This document shows positions 59,532-64,000 of a stretch of 64,000 nucleotides of DNA, one piece after another. The position numbers and the translations under genes were made by a program. Where the stretch lies: the NCBI GenBank assembly GCA_963703225.1, contig OY969801.1, positions 2,080,001-2,144,000 on the forward strand, written 5' to 3'. The number at the start of each line of letters is the position of its first letter. Position 1 is the stretch's first letter. The notes below the pieces were generated by a model. It saw only the letters and a list, made by a program, of their open reading frames with translations. It was not told where the DNA came from and ran no database searches. This DNA is from Candidatus Eiseniibacteriota bacterium (GTDB lineage Bacteria > Eisenbacteria > RBG-16-71-46 > SZUA-252).

Positions 59532-60643
59532 CGGACGCCCTCGTCCAGGGCTCGGGCCGCACCGCGGCGCGATTCGACGAGCGACTCGAGCCGCCGCTCG
59601 GTCTCCGCGAGCGTCTCGGTGAATCGGCCTCTGGCGACCACCTCGTCACGCGCCCGCGAGACCCAGAGGTCGACCTGTTCCGGATGGCGTCCCACCTCCG
59701 CGAGGGCGCAGGCGACCGCCTCTGGATCGCCAAGGGGTACGAGGAGCCCTTCCTGCCTGTGTCGCACCCATTCCCTGTTCCCCGCGATGTCGGTCACCAC
59801 CAGCGCGAGGCCGGCCGCCATCGCTTCGAGGAGGGATTGCGAAGTGGAGTCGGAGAGAGAGAGGGAAACGTAGACGTCGTGCTCGCCATAGAGCCGCGGC
59901 AGCAAAGCCTCGTCGACCCACCCCGCAAAGGAGATCGAATCCAGAACTCCCGCTTCCCGCGCCAGCGCCTCGAGCGAAGGACGCATCGGACCCGACCCGG
60001 CGAGGGTTGCCCGGAACGGGACTCCCTTCCGGGAAAGGAGCCCGAGCGCGCGGATCAGGGTCGCGGGATCGTAGATCGGCTCGAGCTGACGCATCCAGAG
60101 CACACGAAGCGGGCCGCTTCGCGCGCGGCGCGTCCTCCAGGTGCCTTCCAAGCCAAACGCGTCCACATCGACCCCCCACGGCCGGGACCAGATCCGAGCA
60201 CGATCGGCCCCCAGCCGCGCGGCCGCCTCCTCCAGATTTCCCGCGTCGACGTGGATCAGGTCGGCGCGGCGGAGCGTCCACCGCGCGCGGGCACGATGAA
60301 GGGGCGTACGGTTCGCGTTCTGGAGCAGATCGGATCCCCAGCAAACAAGCATCATCGGTTTCGCGCCGGCGAGCGCGGCGAGAAATCCGTAGTTGGGCAG
60401 AAAGTGGGCGACCGTGACATCGGGGAGAAAAGACCGGATCTCCTGGCGAACGGCTCCGCTCGCGCTCGCGTAGCGAAGCGCAGCCACGGGGAGCTGCCAA
60501 CCCACGACGCGCGCCGGATCGGGGAGCGTCCCGGGCGTGCCGTGTGCGGAGAGGAGCCGGACCTCGTGGCCCCGCCGCGCCAGTCCCGTCGCCCAGCGCC
60601 GCGTGTGCACCGAAGGGGCATGCGCGAGGAGGAGGATTCGCAC
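59528..60643 (-). CDS. GT4 glycosyltransferase
   Basis: SVHTRRW, WGSDLL, WGVD, SLLEAMAAG, TDIAGNREW. Confidence 0.88.
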   Translation of the reverse strand: MRILLLAHAPSVHTRRWATGLARRGHEVRLLSAHGTPGTLPDPARVVGWQLPVAALRYASASGAVRQEIRSFLPDVTVAHFLPNYGFLAALAGAKPMMLVCWGSDLLQNANRTPLHRARARWTLRRADLIHVDAGNLEEAAARLGADRARIWSRPWGVDVDAFGLEGTWRTRRARSGPLRVLWMRQLEPIYDPATLIRALGLLSRKGVPFRATLAGSGPMRPSLEALAREAGVLDSISFAGWVDEALLPRLYGEHDVYVSLSLSDSTSQSLLEAMAAGLALVVTDIAGNREWVRHRQEGLLVPLGDPEAVACALAEVGRHPEQVDLWVSRARDEVVARGRFTETLAETERRLESLVESRRGAARALDEGVR

Positions 60644-60651
60644 CGGGCTCC

Positions 60652-61626
60652 CTAGGGACGGAATCGTCTGTGGAGGGCGCTCCGTCGGCCCGCGATCAAG
60701 ACCGGGCGAGGCCGCGCGCCCCACCCTTCCTTGTACCGGACCAGGCCCGCCGCGTCGGCGGGGGACGCTCCAAAGTTGTATTCGAGGTAGCCCGCCCCGC
60801 AGAGGGTTTCGAGGGTGCTCGCGATGAGAAAATTGTTCGGCCTCAAGTGCCACGAGGATTCTCGGGAGACCGGGAGCCAGCTCGTGGCAATGCCCTGGTG
60901 GAAAAGATCCAGGCTCCCGGCCACCGCGCCCTCGCCGTGCTGGACCAGGTGGTATCGCGCGAGACCCGCGGGAACCAAGCTCGAGAAGATCCGCTCGTAA
61001 ATCGAAAAGGGCTTGGGTGTCCCCCCACGCCGCCGCACCGTTTCGACCGCCATGTCATGGAACGTGCGAAGATCGTCGACCACCTCGACCACCCGCATCG
61101 AGAGCCCACTCTCGGCCGCCTGCCGGACCAGCCTCCGCGTGGACGACGAGAATCCGCCCGCGACGCGGTCGTAGCCGCCGGTCAGGTCGAGCACGTGCGT
61201 GAAGCTTTCCTCCGCGGGAAAGCGCTCCGGGAACTCGTCTCGAATTCCGCCGTACCAGGTGAGCTGCGACCGGATTGTCAGCCGCCGACCCGCCCGGCGG
61301 GCGAACGCTTCGAGAAGCTGGCGCCGGACCGAGGCCGGATCGGGGTGGCCCGGCCGGACGATCGGCCCACCGTAGGTCGCGTAGGGCATCGAGTCGAGGG
61401 TCTCGAAGAGGCCGCGGCGGCGCGCGAGGAAACCGATGCCCGCCGCGTACCCCGCCTCGCCCGGGAGCACGACCGCCTCCCAGCGTGCGTCCTTCCAGAC
61501 GGAGGTCCAGAGGCTGGCCCAGGCCGACGTATGAAAGACCGTCGCCTCGGGCGTCGACGCGACCAATTCATCCCACGCCGCCGCATCCGGTGCCAAGACC
61601 CGCTCCACCTCGGCCTTCTGCTTCAA
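60652..61626 (-). CDS. GNAT (FemAB/CelD-like) acyltransferase
   Basis: WDELV...TVFHTSAW, YGGP, RPNNFL, YNFG, GLVRYKEGWG. Confidence 0.82.
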   Translation of the reverse strand: MKQKAEVERVLAPDAAAWDELVASTPEATVFHTSAWASLWTSVWKDARWEAVVLPGEAGYAAGIGFLARRRGLFETLDSMPYATYGGPIVRPGHPDPASVRRQLLEAFARRAGRRLTIRSQLTWYGGIRDEFPERFPAEESFTHVLDLTGGYDRVAGGFSSSTRRLVRQAAESGLSMRVVEVVDDLRTFHDMAVETVRRRGGTPKPFSIYERIFSSLVPAGLARYHLVQHGEGAVAGSLDLFHQGIATSWLPVSRESSWHLRPNNFLIASTLETLCGAGYLEYNFGASPADAAGLVRYKEGWGARPRPVLIAGRRSALHRRFRP

Positions 61627-63857
61627 CGCACGACCGCCGCGCGCAGGATGCGGGAGCGGTCTCCGTCGCGGAGCACCACGAGGTAGATGCCGGGCGCGGC
61701 CATGGAGCCGTTCGCCAGACGAAGATCCCAGACCTGGTTCTGGGCGGGATTGCACTGAAAGCGCCGGATCAGTGACCCGGTGACGTCTCTGACCTCGCCC
61801 GTTACCTGATCCGTGATCCCGCCCAGGCGGAGCGCGCTCCCGGTGGAGCCGAGCGGATTGGGATAGAGGTAGCTCTGATCGCTGAACCCTCCGCCCCCGC
61901 TTCCGGGGATGATTTCCGAGATGCCGGCCGCCGTCCCCACCCAGAGAATGCCCCGGCTCGAATCCCAGGCGAGCGCCCGGACGTCGTCGGCGATCAAGCC
62001 GTCGGCGGTCCCCCAGTGCTCGAGGCCACCGCTGGCCGCGTCGATCCGGGCGATTCCCGCGGCGGTTGCCACCCAGAGGTTGCCGCCCGAATCGAGCTCG
62101 AGGTCGTTGATCTGAAGCGACGGGAGCAAGGAGTTGGCCGCGTTGCTCGCGCCGGCGTCCCTGATGTCGTTTCGAATTCGGACGAGCCCCGCCACGGTCC
62201 CGACCCATGCCGAAGACGGGCCGGTCGCGACGACGTCGGTCGTCTGGAGGCTGGGAAAGAGGCTGGGAAAGAGCGCGCCGAGATGCTTCCAATCGTCGTC
62301 CGCGTGATTGATGATGGTGCCGTTCCCGTCCCAGATGTCGAGCCCGTTGTCGGCCAGGGCGAACCAACCCCGCCCCGTGGTGTCGAACGCGATCCCGCGC
62401 AGGTTGTTGCTCGAAAGCCCCGTCCCGCTGGCGGAGCCCTGGGTATTCAAGGGCGTGAGGGAATCGAGGACCGCTGTGGTCGTACGGTCAAACACGTAGA
62501 CGCCGTTTCCGTGCTCCACGCTTCCGCCGTAGACGAGCCCATCGGGCGCCTCCTCCAGCGCGTAGAGATTGGTCACCCCCAGCGTGTCCCAGACGCCGGT
62601 CGCCGGATCCCAGCGCTCGGTTCGGGGCCTCGGAATGGCCGAGCCGCAGCAGTGTCCCATCCAGATCTTTCCATCGCGGTCGGAGAGAATGCTGAAGACG
62701 CTGCTTGGCTGCAGGGACCCGTTGGTCGAGGCGCTCGTGAGGGCGCTCCAGGCCTGGCCGTCGTGGTGGAGCACGGTGCCGCTCACCCCGCTCGGCGGCG
62801 AGAAATTCCCCGTGGCGATCCAGACTCCACGCGCGTCGGCCACCGCGCGCTGGGAGCCGCTGGCCGCGGGACCGGCTGAGATGAAAGGAGTCCAGGCGTT
62901 CGCGGCCGCCTCGTACCGGGCCAACCCGCCGTCGCTCCCGGCCCAGATTCGTCCATCCGGGGCGGTGGCCAGCGAGCTGAACCTGACGCCGGGAAGCCCC
63001 GAGGCGCCGAGCGGGTTCCAATCGACGCCCGAGTAGCGGTACCCACCGGTCGACCCGGAGCCGGAGTAGAGCACGCCGCCGCTCGAGTGAAGGGCGACGC
63101 TCGATCCGACATGTCCTAAGGCCACCGCCGTGAAGACGCCGCTGTCGTAGCGCTGGGGACCCGCGGACGTCCCGGCCCAGAGCGTGTCCTGGTGAACCAC
63201 CAGGGCCCGCACCGAGACGGAGAGCGTGGCCGCCCGGTTGATCCAGGCTCCACCGGCAAATACCGAGAGCCCGCCCGAGGTTCCGCACCAGAGCGTGTCC
63301 TTCACCTGCTGGAACGCGAAGATGTTGTCCGCGACGAGCGATCCTCCGGTGCTGGCGTTCGAGTCGGATCGACGAAGGACCACCTGGCCCGACGTCGGAC
63401 TCTCCGTGAAGAGCGCGACGCCTCCGCTGGTCCCGACCCAGACGCTGTCTCCGTGTACGTAGATCGCCTGAACGCGGTCGCTCGGGAGGCCGTCGAACGA
63501 GGTCAGGGCCCTTCGATATCCGCCGTCGGCCTTGATGCGCGCGATCCCCTTGTCGGCGGTCCCCGCCCAGAGCCCGCCGCTCGGGCTCACGGCGACGCAG
63601 AGAACCGAGTTCGAGGGCAGCCCTCCCGGGGTGCTCAAGATTTTCTGGATCGCGCCGGACGCCGGGTCGGCGAGCACAAGCCCCCCGAGGGTGCCGGCGG
63701 CGATGTCCCCTCGCCAGTCGGCGAGGCTCGAGATCTGGTTCGAGTTGATGTGGTTCGTGATGAAGAGCTTGGTCGCCCGCGCCGCGTCCGGCGACGCCGC
63801 GGCGAGCGCGGCCACGAAGAGCGCGGCCAGTGCTCGGCCCGGCCCGGTCGCTCTCAC
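61623..63857 (-). CDS. PorZ-like secreted beta-propeller protein with T9SS-type C-terminal domain
   Basis: Signal peptide, repeated LW-x-GT-x-x-G propeller blades, C-terminal YPNP...WD-x-R...PGIYLV...AVVR. Confidence 0.68.
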   Translation of the reverse strand: MRATGPGRALAALFVAALAAASPDAARATKLFITNHINSNQISSLADWRGDIAAGTLGGLVLADPASGAIQKILSTPGGLPSNSVLCVAVSPSGGLWAGTADKGIARIKADGGYRRALTSFDGLPSDRVQAIYVHGDSVWVGTSGGVALFTESPTSGQVVLRRSDSNASTGGSLVADNIFAFQQVKDTLWCGTSGGLSVFAGGAWINRAATLSVSVRALVVHQDTLWAGTSAGPQRYDSGVFTAVALGHVGSSVALHSSGGVLYSGSGSTGGYRYSGVDWNPLGASGLPGVRFSSLATAPDGRIWAGSDGGLARYEAAANAWTPFISAGPAASGSQRAVADARGVWIATGNFSPPSGVSGTVLHHDGQAWSALTSASTNGSLQPSSVFSILSDRDGKIWMGHCCGSAIPRPRTERWDPATGVWDTLGVTNLYALEEAPDGLVYGGSVEHGNGVYVFDRTTTAVLDSLTPLNTQGSASGTGLSSNNLRGIAFDTTGRGWFALADNGLDIWDGNGTIINHADDDWKHLGALFPSLFPSLQTTDVVATGPSSAWVGTVAGLVRIRNDIRDAGASNAANSLLPSLQINDLELDSGGNLWVATAAGIARIDAASGGLEHWGTADGLIADDVRALAWDSSRGILWVGTAAGISEIIPGSGGGGFSDQSYLYPNPLGSTGSALRLGGITDQVTGEVRDVTGSLIRRFQCNPAQNQVWDLRLANGSMAAPGIYLVVLRDGDRSRILRAAVVR

Positions 63858-64000
63858 CGCGCGACCCCGGCCGTGGCCCTCAGGAAGATTCGGAGATCCT
63901 CGGCGACCGAGAACCGTTGGAGATAGGCAAGCTCGGACTCGAGCCTCGCGCCTCGGTCGGAGTCGGCGCCGTCCGACGGCGAGACAACCCCGGGCCGAAG
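63854..64000 (-). CDS. C-terminal end of a bacterial sugar-transferase-like domain (partial)
   Basis: Manual translation LRPGVVS...ELAYLQRFSVAEDLRIFLRA...* resembles KPG...DL-x-Y...S...DL-x-I; stop overlaps the next GTG. Confidence 0.55.
   Translation of the reverse strand, partial: LRPGVVSPSDGADSDRGARLESELAYLQRFSVAEDLRIFLRATAGVAR

Overview
Very GC-rich, densely coding bacterial core-genome window with no recognisable mobile elements, CRISPR, rRNA or tRNA. Gene content (ADP-heptose genes, PorZ-like protein, MglA, CsrA) suggests a diderm, possibly a Candidatus Eisenbacteria-like lineage; this is inference only. Left to right: fabD(partial)/fabH/plsX/rpmF/yceD/ndk; three intact but strongly degenerate 2-oxoacid:ferredoxin oxidoreductase subunits; sucD/sucC; a COG2403 (ArcE/CpgS-like) enzyme; a MacA/MacB-like pair; rfaE2/rfaE1/galE/rpe/PASTA/rsmB/fmt/def/yajC/tgt; a PAS kinase with an NtrC-family activator; fliS-like/csrA; a TolB-like lipoprotein; trpA; a TPR protein; a C-terminally extended MglA; small hypotheticals; a PatA/PimA-like pair with an MFS transporter; a zinc-ribbon protein; recG; a fimT-pilV-pilW-pilX(ComZ-like) minor pilin cluster; rpmB; the dcw cluster (with a STAS gene, no murB/ddl); two GT4 genes, a GNAT, a PorZ-like gene and a sugar-transferase tail. 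Best leads: (1) three sigma28-type and three sigma54-type promoter motifs linking csrA-fliS, mglA, a 65-aa Cys-rich ORF, the zinc-ribbon gene and the pilin operon; (2) a probable oxidoreductase pseudoenzyme in an arcE-sucCD-ndk operon in which two enzymes carry histone-like basic tails. About seven single-base indels in essential genes most likely reflect assembly errors. All calls come from motif recognition by eye; no searches were run.
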